64,000 bases of DNA from Octopus vulgaris (GCA_951406725.2 OX597832.1:31434001-31498000); one strand, 5' to 3'; shown: positions 1 to 14,050, numbered from the stretch's first letter. The notes: generated by a model not told the origin, from the letters alone. Translations and numbers: made by a program.

Positions 1-331
1 CTCTCTAAGCTAAAAATTAATATCACGAACCAATTCCATGGTTTTGCTTTGAAGAAACCGTTTCTCTCCAGTCTTCCTCCACCGTCTCCCATTCTCCCCT
101 TCCCCTCCCTCTCTCTCTGTAAACCTATTCAACCGGAATCTCTTGTGTCTCAACTGATCGATATGGAATGGTAAACCAGTCAGACCAGAATCTCGACACA
201 ATAAGAATCTCTTCTGTTTGGATAACTTGACCTGACCTCGCAATCTCACCATTACCCTCAATGCTCAAACATTACCCCAACACTTCTCTCTCTCTCTCCA
301 CGTGCTTCCTTATCTCTCTACCCACCCACTG

Positions 332-398
<67 letters not shown>

Positions 399-585
399 CT
401 CCCTCTCTCTCTCCCTCTCTCTCTCTCTCTTTCTATCTATCTATCTATCTATCTAGCTAGCTAGCTATTATCTGTCTGTGAATCTATTTATCCGTCTATC
501 CATCCATCCATCCGTCCATCCATCCGTCCGTCCGTCCGTCCGTCCGTCCGTCCGTTCGTCCGTCCGTCTGTCTGTCTGTCTATTA

Positions 586-618
<33 letters not shown>

Positions 619-787
619 CACCTACCTGTCATTTTACTCGCTTGTTTGTCTGTTTGTCTATTTGTCTGCCTGTCTCGTCGCCTTTCTTCTAGTTTTCCTG
701 TTTTCCTAAATTTTTCGGTAGATAGGTAGGTAGGCGGGTAGGAGGGTGTGGGGTTATATAAATAGATAAGGAAACACATGGAAACGA

Positions 788-829
<42 letters not shown>

Positions 830-998
830 GGGAGAGGAAGCATTGTGTAAGCAATGTGGAATGAGAGTAGCAACTTGCCTATTCGCCCCATCACTCTCTT
901 ACTCTCTTTTATGCAACCGCTAAGTCGCTCGTACTTCAAGAAATCAGCATCGGTTTTCAAGCGGTGGAATGCAAAACTCAATCGCCAAGATGCATGCA

Positions 999-1048
<50 letters not shown>

Positions 1049-1164
1049 AGCACGCACGCACACGCCACACACATGTACCCACTTCCTGTTTTACTCTTAT
1101 TTATGTATGGCGTATATATGAGTCTCTGACCTGTGGTATTTTACGATATACGCCTGCAGTATAT

Positions 1165-1590
1165 CCTGTTTCAAGGAAGGAGGCGCGGCAATATTCACGA
1201 TAGACTCAGCTGATAATCCGACTCGTCCCACACGCAATAGCGGTCGTTCGACATAGGCCCACAGGTCGGAAATGGTTGGACACTGTAGCGAGTGCGTGCA
1301 GAACGGTTTCGTAGCTCTGACCGCATTTCGGGCAAGTTGGCTCCGCGTTTCTCGAGCCATACCTGTAGAGCTTATCCCAAACGGGTAGCGCTTCTCGGTA
1401 GCACTGCCAGGCCAGAGATCTCTGGAAGTTGTCCATAAGTCCCGGCCCAAAAGTTGTCTCGACCAGGTGGGTCAGGTATTCCTTGTCGACGCCCAAGTTC
1501 GCCCCGAGATCGTCATCGTGCCTCCCCTCCACTAATCCCCTATAGAATGCTTTGGTTGTGTTGAAGTCACTGAAGTTCGACCCGGGACGA
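1165..1590 (-). mobile_element. Tx1/L1-clade LINE ORF2 C-terminal fragment (zf-RVT)
   Basis: Frameshifted translation DNFQRSLAWQCYREALPV...PTCPKCGQSYETVLHAL contains a CxxC..ETxxH knuckle. It is homologous to 35035-35935, and its 5' break abuts (GATA)n. Confidence 0.85.
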
Positions 1591-2027
1591 GACAGATAGA
1601 TAGGTAGATAGATTGATAGATAGAGTGACAGACAGAGAGATAGATATATAGATAAATAGATAGATACATAGAGAGAGAGAGAGAGATAGAAAGGTAGATA
1701 GATAAATAGATATATAGATAGATAGAAAAATAGATAGAGAGATAGATTAATAGATTAATAGATAGATAGAGATATAAATATAGATAGATATATATATATA
1801 GATAGATAGATAGAGAGAGAGATAGAAAGATAGATAGAAAGGGAGATAAATAGATAGATAGATAGAGAGATAGAGAGATTGATAGAAAGGGATATATATA
1901 TATATATATATATATAGATAGATAGATAGAAAGATAGATAGAAAGGGAGATAGAAAGGGAGATAGAGAGATAGAAAGAGAGATAGATAAATAGATAAATA
2001 GATTGATAAATAAATAGATAGATAGAT
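1591..2027. repeat. degenerate (GATA)n/(GA)n microsatellite
   Basis: Directly visible tandem repeat. Confidence 0.95.
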
Positions 2028-2193
2028 CAGTGAATTATGATTCTATTCAACATATTCCCCTCTCAGATTCACACATTTATTGCAGCAGTCCTTCGGTCTT
2101 TCTAAGCTCTGTAAAATAACTCAGAAGTTCGGGCCTCCAACCAGGCCCATCGCAAGACCCTTAAAGCCAGGAACTTTTCAGCACCCCCTCGTA
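2026..2193 (-). mobile_element. non-autonomous mariner derivative
   Basis: Minus strand starts TACGAGGGGGTGCTGAAAAGTTC, a mariner-type TIR, and encodes KCVNLRGEYVE*, the mariner transposase C-terminus. Confidence 0.75.
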
Positions 2194-2199
2194 AGTCCT

Positions 2200-2300
2200 G
2201 GGGTGTAAGAGTTCAAATCTCGTGGAGGTAATTTTTGATTTTAACCCTTTAAAGCATCGACGAAATTAATATACCAGTGAAAAACTGAAATCGATAAAAT
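2200..2300 (+). mobile_element. degenerate SINE family A fragment
   Basis: GAGTTCAAATC B-box followed by a decayed ...ATCGA...TACCAGT core similar to 58034-58265. Confidence 0.5.
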
Positions 2301-2727
2301 ACCCTTACATTCCACCCGCACCCGAAACATCTTTCCGCCGTCTTTCACAACGCGAATGCAAACCATTGTTCTTTGCATATTCGGTGTATTTCTTGCGTGA
2401 CATTGGAATATAACCAAACTCTTTTAGTTCTTCATCAGAAGAATAAAGACAAAGAACTTCTACCTGAGGACACAGGTAACAACACAGACTAATGCAAATT
2501 CATGGACTGTGTTGATGATTCGATTCCTTTATATTAGCGGTAATTTCTTCGATTGACAATGGAATGGTCTTTTAGGAATTGGATTTGCCAGCGGTACCGT
2601 TCTTCTCCTTTGCCAATGTTTACCAAAAGCGCCACATACCGTGTACTGATGTAATTAATATAAATTGTATTGCCAATTACCTAAAAAAAAATCTGTTTGA
2701 ATAATACTTTGCACAGTAAATGCAGTC

Positions 2728-2880
2728 AAGGTCGCATGACCTAGAGTTTATGGTGTTGCACTCACGATTGCGAGACTGCGGTTTCGATTCCTGGATCCGG
2801 TCATGAATTATGTTCTTGAGCAAAACACTTCGTTTTCCGTTGCTCTGGATTCACTTCGGCACCTGACCTGAGATGCCACA
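2728..2880 (+). mobile_element. tRNA-derived SINE family C, 5' part
   Basis: A-box-like start, GGTTTCGATTCC B-box, and TTCTTGAGCAAAACACTTC core shared with 53465-53535 and the 34455-34700 copy. Confidence 0.75.
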
Positions 2881-3062
2881 TGCTTTTTCTTCAGGCAACG
2901 TTCACCAGATGGCGGCAGCGACGTAAAGTGCGCGGCACACACACACACATTCGATTGCTGTAGACAACAGGTTTGGTCAGGTTTTGCCGCAGCAACGAAT
3001 TGCAGAACTGTCTCGGACAACGAGAGTCTACTATCAACTCAACATAACCGCCGCCACCACCG

Positions 3063-3126
<64 letters not shown>

Positions 3127-3208
3127 ATATATATGTATTTATATATATTTATGTGTGTATGTATATGTATATATGTATGTACGTATATATAAGTATATAC
3201 ACACCTCC

Positions 3209-3247
<39 letters not shown>

Positions 3248-3885
3248 TATACACAACTATATATAAATACATACATAGGACCATGCACACATATATACAT
3301 ATACACAGATATATATATATATACACGCGTATACACAAACTGCCACAACTCTTCCTGTCTTTCTCCCTAGCTAGCCCTTCATCTCTCTCTCTCTCTCCCT
3401 ATCCCTCTCTATCTCCTCTCTCATCGTCCTAATCTCTCCTTCGTAAGGCAGTATTTCCGATGTCCAGTCTGCTTTTTAAATCACCCTATCACCCTTAAAT
3501 ACAACCATTCACAAATACTTCTCAACTCCACAAAACCTCAGCTGTCTTCTCTCTCGTTTTCCTTCCACGACCACCACAACTCTGACGTCACTTCCATTTC
3601 TCTCAAATTTGATTTTCACGCTCTATATCATCTGAACTTTAAATAAATAAAGAAATCACCTCACTGAAAGGAGTTTTGTTTTAATTCTGCTCCAAGGCTT
3701 TAATTCCTCTGCGATTTTAAACAGATTCTCTCTTTTAGCTTCCACCAGACTTTCTCCCACCTACCGTTCCTGATTTTTCTATTCATTTAAAATTCTTCAT
3801 CGCCAAGGTTCTTCTTCTGTGACGCTTGCTCTTTTAATTGCTGTGTATTATTCCTTTACCATTCTTTCTCTCTCCCTCCCCCCAC

Positions 3886-3919
<34 letters not shown>

Positions 3920-3939
3920 TTTCTCTGCCACTCTCATTT

Positions 3940-4500
3940 TGAATAGAATCACTCTTTCTTTAACCATTATTCCTGTGAATATCTTGCATGAAATGTTTAG
4001 ACAAGTGAATATGCCTTTAGACTGTTTCCTCATTGACGTATCGTCGATTCGAGAATCAACACAACTCGACCCACTGCCATAGAATATGGTACCACTTGTG
4101 AGTTAAGAACTCATTCTTGCATTGCAAAACACATCGGTTCCACCAAATGTAGTTTAACTTCTTTCACCAATATTTCTTTACAATATCATCAATGCTTGTC
4201 AAAGACGAATTTCATTTCTTCCCTCTTTTTTTTCTTCCCTTCTTAAAGTATCTTGAATGTCTTCGAAGTCTTTCACAAGAGCCATAAAGGTTTCCATGTT
4301 GTTGTTGATTTATTTTTCTCTCCTTTTCTTCTCTGTTCTGTCTATCCATAGCAATGATGTTGTTATTATGATGTTGTCGTTGGGTTTTCTTTTTTTTCGT
4401 AATTATTCTTTTCCAAAATGGCGGTCGCTCAGATTTCTGTCGTTAATTTATCTATGTCAAGTTTCAAACCATATCATTGCCTGGTAGCATCTTTCCAAAG
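3940..4500 (-). mobile_element. decayed non-LTR retrotransposon RT N-terminal fragment (R4/Dong-like)
   Basis: IFTCLNISCKIFTGIM resembles the RT motif RPITCLxxxYKIFTGI. Heavily frameshifted; boundaries approximate. Confidence 0.5.
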
Positions 4501-4560
4501 TAGAGCACTAATAACTTTCAGTTTCATCGTAAAAAGTAGTACACACACACACATACACAC

Positions 4561-4626
<66 letters not shown>

Positions 4627-4954
4627 ACACGCACATACACACACGCGCGCGCGCACATGCACACATGCATGCACACACATTTACATCTTGTATGCGTGTG
4701 TATGTGTGTGTGTTCTTATATGTTCTGTGTAATCTTTTCCTTTGATCATAGGTTTTTCTGTAACGCCTGAAGAATAATGTTTTTTTAACAAGATATGTAA
4801 CTAGAAGTAACGCTGCATTTTCTTTAACGAATTTTATAGCATCTTTATTTAATTTTGAACTCTTTATATTAATTTTGAGTTCATGTCTTACTTTACACAA
4901 TCAAACACGCACGCGCATATGCATATACTTACATACCTACACGTATATGTGTAT

Positions 4955-5140
4955 TTGGCGATTTGGTTTCCTCTGTCTTTCTTTCCTATTGGACTTTCCT
5001 CTTTTTCTGAAGAAGAGCGTCTGCTCGAAACGTCAAACCACCTTTCTTTCCTTCCCCGAGCGTCAGCTAATACTTTACATGTACCACGCCCATGCGTTTT
5101 TTTGTGTTTGTTCTTCACTTGTTTTTGGATTTACTATATA
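4955..5140 (+). mobile_element. Penelope-like terminal fragment carrying a minimal hammerhead
   Basis: Homologous along its length to 54515-54720, ends in (TA)n and contains CTGAAGAA-GAGC..GCTC-GAAACGTC. Confidence 0.75.
5004..5037 (+). ncRNA. minimal type I hammerhead ribozyme motif
   Basis: UUU-CUGAAGA-A-GAGC(GUCU)GCUC-GAAA-CG-UC-AAA: core boxes, stem II, palindromic ACGU stem III and stem I UUU/AAA. Confidence 0.75.
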
Positions 5141-5468
5141 TATATGTATGCATATATATGAGTAGAGACGGGTCTATGTGAATACATGAATGTGTGGTCG
5201 AGAAGTTCGTTTCCCATCATTCGTTTCACATTAACGGGGTCCCAACTGCTATCCTGCCCGATCGTATCCTGTACCTGTGGCTTTTACCTTAACTTTCGTT
5301 TCATTTCTATTGTTTCACATCGCTTCATTTCCTTTTATTTCATCGTTAATTTACGCTGTAAATGTGTTCCAATTATATAAAACCCAGTTAATCTACACAC
5401 ACAATACCTAATAAACTTCTCACAATCCCTATAATCACCTCTCCACATTCTTGCGCCATGGTTCATGG

Positions 5469-5808
5469 CAGTGGCTCTCAACCAGAGACCATATGAACCA
5501 CGGGAATTCACATGACCGCTGGGAGTCCATATGAACCTTGGGGGGTTTACGCAAACAAAATTATTAATTGGGGGACCCATAGTGGTATATTAAGGATCTA
5601 TGACAAAATTGCTTTAGATGTATATATTTAAAGAAACAACTGGGTTTCTTTCTCTAACATTTTACAACACAAGTAAAAGTGTGGAAAGTTAAAAAAGAAA
5701 TTTGAAAGACGTTTCTATAAAACTAGTTTTAAGGCATCGAATTGGGTTCCACAGAAAGCAAATAGTAATCAAAGGGGTCCATAGATGAAGAATGTTTGAG
5801 AATCACTT
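5469..5808. mobile_element. hAT (Charlie-like) MITE
   Basis: TIRs CAGTGGCTCTCAACC and GTTTGAGAATCACTT; flanks GTTCATGG/GTTTATGG give an 8-bp TSD with 1 mismatch; subterminal CCATATGAACC repeats. Confidence 0.8.
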
Positions 5809-6244
5809 GTTTATGGGAATCACTCACACCACGTAACAACCGACGAGAAAGCTCCATTAATCGTAATACATATTAAGTACATGATCTGACGCAAAAACTT
5901 CATTCGCGTTTCCTCACCGTTGGTTTGATAAGCATTACTCACAATTGAGTTTAATCTCTCGAAATAACTCCCGAAGCCCAACAAGTCTTGCAGTAACAAA
6001 TTCCTACAGAAACGCTTCTGTGTTTTCCCTTTTAAAAGGAAACAATTAGGTTTCCTATATTTTTTGTTTTGGAGATTTTTTACTTTTCGTTGCTTGGTTT
6101 TGTCTGAAAAAAAGTTTATCTCAGTTTATAACAATGACTATATCCGGAGCAGTCAGCGGAACAACGGTACGGAGAACCCCTGACTAATGATTGTGAAATC
6201 CAAGGTACACACATACATACATACATACATACATACATACATAC

Positions 6245-6318
<74 letters not shown>

Positions 6319-6516
6319 TACACACATATATATATCTGCGTAAACTGGCGTGGTAAGCAGAGTTGCTACAGAAACAATTGTAACGAATCATTAAAGATGT
6401 GTTAAAAGATTTTTTCGTCTTATTACTTGGACTACACACACACACACACATGCACACACGCACACACGCACGCACACACGCACACACGCACACACACACA
6501 CACGCACGCACACACG

Positions 6517-6555
<39 letters not shown>

Positions 6556-6652
6556 TCACACACACACTCATTCACACACACACTACATGTATATATCGAA
6601 TAAGTAGTAACCGAATCAAGAAAGCAAGTTTATACTTACGTACATACATTTA

Positions 6653-6700
<48 letters not shown>

Positions 6701-7116
6701 CATATACACACACATACATACATGCATACATAAACAAATACTTATACTTATACACACGCACATATTCATATACGCATAAATATGATATGCAAGTGTGTGT
6801 GTGTGTTGTGTGCGTGTGTGTGTACGTCTGTGTGCGAGTGCGTGCGTCCGCGTGTTTGTGTGTGTGTGTGTATGCGCGCGTGTGCACGTGCGTGTGTGTG
6901 TGTGTGTGCGTGTGTGTTGTAATTAAGTAGACAAACCATGGTATTCTTCTGATATCTTGAGCATTTAAGAATGTTCTAAATTAATACCAGAGACTGTTCC
7001 GGATTGATGGAAATCTTTGAGGTGCAGGGTGAGGGGTGGGTGGGAGTGGGGGGAGGAGTCACATGGAACATTAGTGGAAATGTAACCATGGTGGGTTCTT
7101 AGAATGCTGAGGTCAA

Positions 7117-7560
<444 letters not shown>

Positions 7561-7625
7561 AGATACCGCAGAGGAAGATGCTGCTGTAGAAAAGCGATGT
7601 TGTGCGACTGTGTGAATGTAAGTAT

Positions 7626-8410
7626 ATATGTGTGTATGTATGTATGTATGTATGTATGTATGTGTCTGTGTATGTATGTATGTATGTGTGTATGTATGTA
7701 TGTATGTATGTATGTATGTATGTATGTATGTATCTATGTGTATGTATGTATGTATGTATGTGTGTATGTATGTATGTGTGTGTGTATGTATGTATCTATG
7801 TGTGTATGTGTGTATGTGTGTATGTATGTATGTATGTGTGTATGTATGTATGTATGTATGTATGTTTGTATGTATGTGTGTATGTATGTATTATGTATGT
7901 GTGTATGTATGTATGTATGTATGTATGTTTGTATGTATGTGTGTATGTATGTATTATGTATGATGTGTATGTATGTATGTATGTATGTATGTATGTATGT
8001 ATGTATGTATGTATGTATATATTGTGTATGTATGTATGTATGTATGTATGTATGTATGTATTATGTGTGTATGTATGTATTATGTATGTATGTATGTATG
8101 TATGTATGTATGTATGTTTGTATGTATGTGTGTATGTATGTATTATGTATGTGTGTATGTATGTATGTTTGTATGTATGTATGTATGTATGTATGTATGT
8201 ATGTATGTATGTATGTTTGTATGTATGTATGTATGTATGTATGTATGTATGTATGTTTGTATGTATGTTTGTATGTATGTTTGTATGTATGTATTATGTA
8301 TGTGTGTATGTATGTATGTATATGTGTGTATGTATGTATGTATGTATATATGTGTGTATGTATGTATATATGCTTGTATGTATGTGTCTGTGTATGTATG
8401 CATGTGTGTG
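7626..8410. repeat. (TATG)n microsatellite
   Basis: Directly visible tandem repeat with recurring variants. Confidence 0.98.
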
Positions 8411-8901
8411 AATGTACACGCGCATTACGAGTGCGTGCGTATATATAACTTTATGTGTGCAGGGATACTATACGCGTAGATATCTATGTATATGTATATA
8501 TGTGTGTGTATTTAAGTGCATGTGTGTGTTTATACGTGTATGTGTGTATGGTATAATCATATATACACCCCACCCACCCAAAGCCATTCTACAAACACTA
8601 CTTCTATTGTCCTCTAATATTTTAAAGGTCCTTGGAGAGGATGTACTTTGGCACTCGAAATGCTAGAAATAGCAGTCAAATCGCCTCGCAATCTATTTTC
8701 AAGAATAATTGTTTTTTTTTTCACGTAGACGATATGGTCATGGCTGGAATGTCTCTGATCTCAGATTTATTAGATCAGGGCTGACCTGGTGTTAAGGAAC
8801 ATCAATAACGTTAACCGCCGCTCAGTTTTCTGAGGATATTTCCTGTATTTTATATCGACACACAGACAAACAATTAGGCAGACAGACAGACAGAACGACA
8901 G

Positions 8902-8947
<46 letters not shown>

Positions 8948-8959
8948 ACACACACATAC

Positions 8960-9036
<77 letters not shown>

Positions 9037-9049
9037 TACCGGACTATGC

Positions 9050-9192
9050 ACTTAAATGTGAAACAAGGTGGAAAAAGATTACTCAAATACTAGAGGTTGA
9101 GTAATATGCTTTATTTAAAACTGTCCGACGAACGGAAACGTGAAACTCCGAGTAACAGCTTTTGTTATATATCTGCTGCTTTTAAATAAAGT
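9050..9192 (+). mobile_element. Penelope-like terminal fragment with inverted tail
   Basis: TGCTTTATTTAAAA (9107-9120) is the reverse complement, with 1 mismatch, of TTTTAAATAAAGTA (9180-9193). A hammerhead motif lies between them and (TA)n flanks both sides. Confidence 0.7.
9117..9163 (+). ncRNA. type I hammerhead ribozyme motif (U4C variant)
   Basis: AAAACUGU-CCGACGA-ACG(GAAA)CGU-GAAA-CU(CCG)AG-UA-ACAGCUUUU: all three stems form and the cleavage triplet is GUA. Confidence 0.75.
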
Positions 9193-9211
9193 ATATATAT
9201 ATATATATATG

Positions 9212-9341
9212 TAGGTCCCGGGTTGATTCGGGGTTAACCACAGTAAATAAGGTACTCAATACATAGCAGAGTAAAATTAATTTATTATATAGAAGGAGCT
9301 TCTACAGGACTAGAACTGTTTCATTCAAGAGAATCATCAGG

Positions 9342-9342
<1 letters not shown>
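9212..9342 (-). mobile_element. Penelope-like terminal fragment with hammerhead-like motif
   Basis: Minus strand UC-CUGAUG-AUUC(UCUU)GAAU-GAAA-CAG(UUCUAGUC)CUG-UA-GA at 9342-9301, then AATAAA; embedded in (TA)n. Confidence 0.65.
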
Positions 9343-9383
<41 letters not shown>

Positions 9384-9425
9384 GTATGCATGCACATGCA
9401 TGCTTCTCTCTCCCCTCTCTCTCTC

Positions 9426-9485
<60 letters not shown>

Positions 9486-10126
9486 CATGCATTTTATATA
9501 AGGTGTAACAAAAAAAAAACGACATTTTGACTTTGCCCACATTTTTTCCTGTTCCCCAAAAAACCCCATCTGTTGCTCCAGTTGGGTCGGCATTGGTGGT
9601 ATTAAGACTGGTGGTCCGATGGCTGCCGAGTTCCCCGGCCCATCCTCTTTCATATTATTGATGGCATGTACGATGGTGCAAACGTTCCAAGCATTGTAAT
9701 TACTCCGTTAATTAAGTCTGTCTAACATTATAATTCATATTGCTTCGCGTGATTGCGTGCAGAACAACGACGTCTCGAGTCGCGAAATGCAGAGAAGACT
9801 CATTACTTTTATCAGTGCAAACGTACCCCCGGCTGGTTCTTGCGAACTTGGCGTTTTGGCCGCTGGACCCCACCACAAGGAAGGCACCCCCTCCCTCCCT
9901 CCCTCCCTCCCTCTGTGTCTGTTGGGTTGTTACTCGACCTGCGAGAAATAGTGGCTAAACCTTCTAACGGATCTATCTCGAAACAGGCGAACACGTTTTA
10001 TAACGTAGCCCTAGGTGGACAATGTCTGAATGAACCGAAAAGAAAAATGAAAGAAACAAATAAAACAAACAAAAACCAGTGGCTATAAACTGAATGATTG
10101 ATGAAAAGTTCTACTGGAACATTGTA

Positions 10127-11864
10127 ACCACCACCAACACCATTACCACCACCACCACCGCCACCACCACCATACCACCACCACCACCACCACCACCACC
10201 ACCACCACCACCACCACCACCACCACCACCACACCACCACCACCGCCACAATACCACCACCACCACCATCACCACGACCACCACCATCACCACCATACCA
10301 CCACTATACTACCACCATACCACCACCATACCACCACCACCACCACCACCACCATACCACCACTATACCACCACCACCATACCACCACCACCACCACCAC
10401 CACCACCACCACCACCACCACCACCACCACCACCACCATACCACCACCACTACCACCACCACCACCACCACCATACCACCACCACCACCACCACCACCAC
10501 CACCACCACCACCACCACCACCACCACCACCACCACCACCACCACCACCACCACCATCACCACCACCACCACCACCATACCACCACCACTACCACCACCA
10601 TACCACCACCACCATACCACCCACCACCACCACCACCATACCACCACCACCACCACCACCACCACCACCACCACCACCACCACCACCACCACCACCACCA
10701 CCACCACCACCACCACCACCACCACCACCGCCACAATACCACCACCACGACCACCATACCACCACGACCACCATCACCACCACGACCACCACCACACCAC
10801 CACCACCACCGCCACAATACCACCACCACGACCACCATACCACCACGAACACCACCACCACCATACCACCACCACCACCACCACCATACCACCACCACCA
10901 CCACCACCATACCACCACCACCACCACCACCACCACCACCACCACCACCACCACCACCACCACCACCACCACCATCACCACGACCACCACCATCACCACC
11001 ACGACCACCACCATACTACCACCATACCACCACCATACCACCACCACCACCACCACCACCATACCACCACTATACCACCACCACCATACCACCACCACCA
11101 CCACCACCACCACCACCACCACCACCATCACCACCACCACCACCACCATACCACCACCACTACCACCACCATACCACCACCACCATACCACACCACCACC
11201 ACCACCACCATACCACCACCACCACCACCACCACCACACCACCACCACCACCACCACCACCACCACCACCACCACCACCATACCACCACCACCACCACCA
11301 CCACACCACCACCACCACCGCCACAATACCACCACCACGACCACCATACCACCACGACCACCATCACCACCACGACCACCACCACCACCACCACCACCAC
11401 CACCACCATACCACCACTATACCACCACCACCATACCACCACCACCACCACGGCCACCACCGCCACAATACCACGACCACCACCATCACCACCACACCAC
11501 GACCACCACCGCCACAATACCACGACCACCACCATCACCACGACCACCACCATCACCACCACGACCACCACCATACCACGACCACCACGACCACCATACC
11601 ACCACCACTACCACCACACCACGACCACCATACCACCACTATACCACCACCACCATACCACGACCACCACGACCACCACCACCACCACGACCACCACCAC
11701 GACCACCACGACCACCACCATCACCACCACCACCACCACCACCATCACCACCACCACCACCACCATACCACCACCACTACCACCACCATACCACCACCAC
11801 CATACCACCACCACCATACCACCACCACCACCACCACCACATGCCACCACTACCACCACCACCA
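10127..11864. repeat. about 1.7 kb (ACC)n cryptic microsatellite
   Basis: ACC repeats interrupted by AT/ACG/ACT variants; source of the 603-aa T/P/H ORF. Confidence 0.98.
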
Positions 11865-13227
11865 TTACGTATTTTTCCTCTCATTTTATTAGATATCAGT
11901 TCTAATCTAGAGAATTTACAATCAGTACTCATCACATTTCTTCAGTCATAGCTCATCTAGGAGTACATAACCTAAGCTGTAACTGTGGCCCTTTCCCTTC
12001 GTTCTCTAATTCGACCCTTTATCATTCAAGATGACCCTGTAAAATGCATGGTTTATTAATTCCTGTTGCTTTGAATTCATCAGACATTATCAAGTAGGTT
12101 CGAAGATTTGATAAAGATTGTTTATTTTACGAATGACATTGTCGGGTCAGTGTAAGAGGACAGATCCGGTCGGTTTGAACCCAAAACAGGCCGAATATTT
12201 TCGCCAGAGATGGCTGTCTTAAGGGCAATTACTTCTTGCCGGTCGATCGAGTATGTAGGGACATGTGTATCGAGTTGGCGGTGCCTCGGTTGCGCGTTGA
12301 CGAAAGGGTTGTCTTTGGTTAGTGTGACATTGGTAAGGCGAACCACACCCCCACACCCCCACACACACACAGAGGGGCGAAGCCGTCGGCGGTGGACGGA
12401 TTCCAAGAATTCTCTTCGACTCAATCTTCCGCCACCGTTTCTTAATTTGTCAGAAGAACATGACATGCATTTCAAAGACATCGTTGCAAACTGTTTGCGT
12501 TTACTGCACTTGTGCAATTTCAGGTGGGGGTGGGGGGACGGGTGACGCGGCGACGGCGATGGTGGTGGCGGTGGAGGTGGTAGTTTTGGCAGCAAAACAA
12601 GGGTGGGGGTGGGGACGCTTCTGAAAACCCGCGCGCTCGCGCACACACACACACTCACACCCATCCACACACACAAACATACACACGCACACACATATAT
12701 ATATATATACATTCATACATATACGTATGTATGTGTATGCATAAATGTCTGTGTGTATATATACATACACGCACACACACACACACACTCCTCCTTTTCC
12801 TCTTCTTCTCCCCCTCCTCCCTCGTTCTAGAATCCAGTTCCTACCGGTTGTATCCAGTATTCTCCAGAAACGGTTTCCATAGAATCTCAGGAAAATTATG
12901 AAAAGATTTCCTCGCTGTTATTTTCTGGGAATCTGACGAAATTGTTATGGAGCCGTGTGTGGTGTGTGTGTGTGTGTGTGGTGTGTGTGTGTGTGTGTGT
13001 GTACTAATGTGCATGTGTGTGTGTGTAAGGATTGGTGGTTTTGTGGGTCTAGTTTGTGTGTGCATGTATGCGTGCGAACGTATGTGTGTATGATGTGCGC
13101 GTACTTGTTTGTGTGTGTATGTGCCTACATGTATTTATGCATTTGTATATGTATATGTGAGTATATAATTATCTGTGTATATGATTATGTGTGCGTATGC
13201 ATATATGTGTGTATGTGTGTGTGTATC

Positions 13228-13277
<50 letters not shown>

Positions 13278-13479
13278 AGAGATTGAGACTTTGTGTTAAT
13301 TAAGTGTATATTTGTGTGTGTATATGTAACGGTGTGTGTGTTTGTTTATGTATGCCCGTATGTGTATGAGTTTGTGTATATATATGCCACTGTTTATGTT
13401 TTGTGTGAGCGTGTGTAAAAAACACACACACAACCTGCACAAACTCACACATAAGTATATGTCCTACACACACACACAC

Positions 13480-13509
13480 ACACACACATACACACATACA
13501 TACACACAC

Positions 13510-13541
<32 letters not shown>

Positions 13542-13895
13542 ATACATACATACATACATACACACACATACATACACACACATAGATAGATAGATATATA
13601 CATACATACATACATACACACACATACATACACACACATAGATAGATAGATATATACATACACACACATATACACACACACATACACACATACATACACA
13701 CACATAGATAGATAGATAGATAGATAGATAAATACATACATACATACATACACACATACATACACACACATAGATAGATAGATATATACATACATACATA
13801 CATACACACACATACATACACACACATAGATAGATAGATATATACATACATACACACACATATACACACACACATACACACATACATACACACAC

Positions 13896-13927
<32 letters not shown>

Positions 13928-14050
13928 ATACATACATACATACATACACACATGCACACACACACATACATACGTACAAACATGCACACATACGTACACA
14001 CATATACCTACATACATAGATATATTTATACATACATACATACATACATA
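13480..14050. repeat. compound CA/GATA/TACA microsatellite with about 190-bp higher-order period
   Basis: Marker GATAAATACA recurs near 13537, 13727 and 13923. Confidence 0.85.

Noticed and set aside
3583-3596. CRE plus ETS-like composite TGACGTCACTTCC
   Set aside because: Single imperfect motif without promoter context; could arise by chance.
10094-11905. 603-aa Thr/Pro/His ORF (mucin- or extensin-like)
   Set aside because: Translation of (ACC)n, which cannot readily produce stops; no signal peptide or unique domain.
12306-12345. miR-9-like TCTTTGGTTA
   Set aside because: Only the first 10 nt match and the hairpin is short and irregular.
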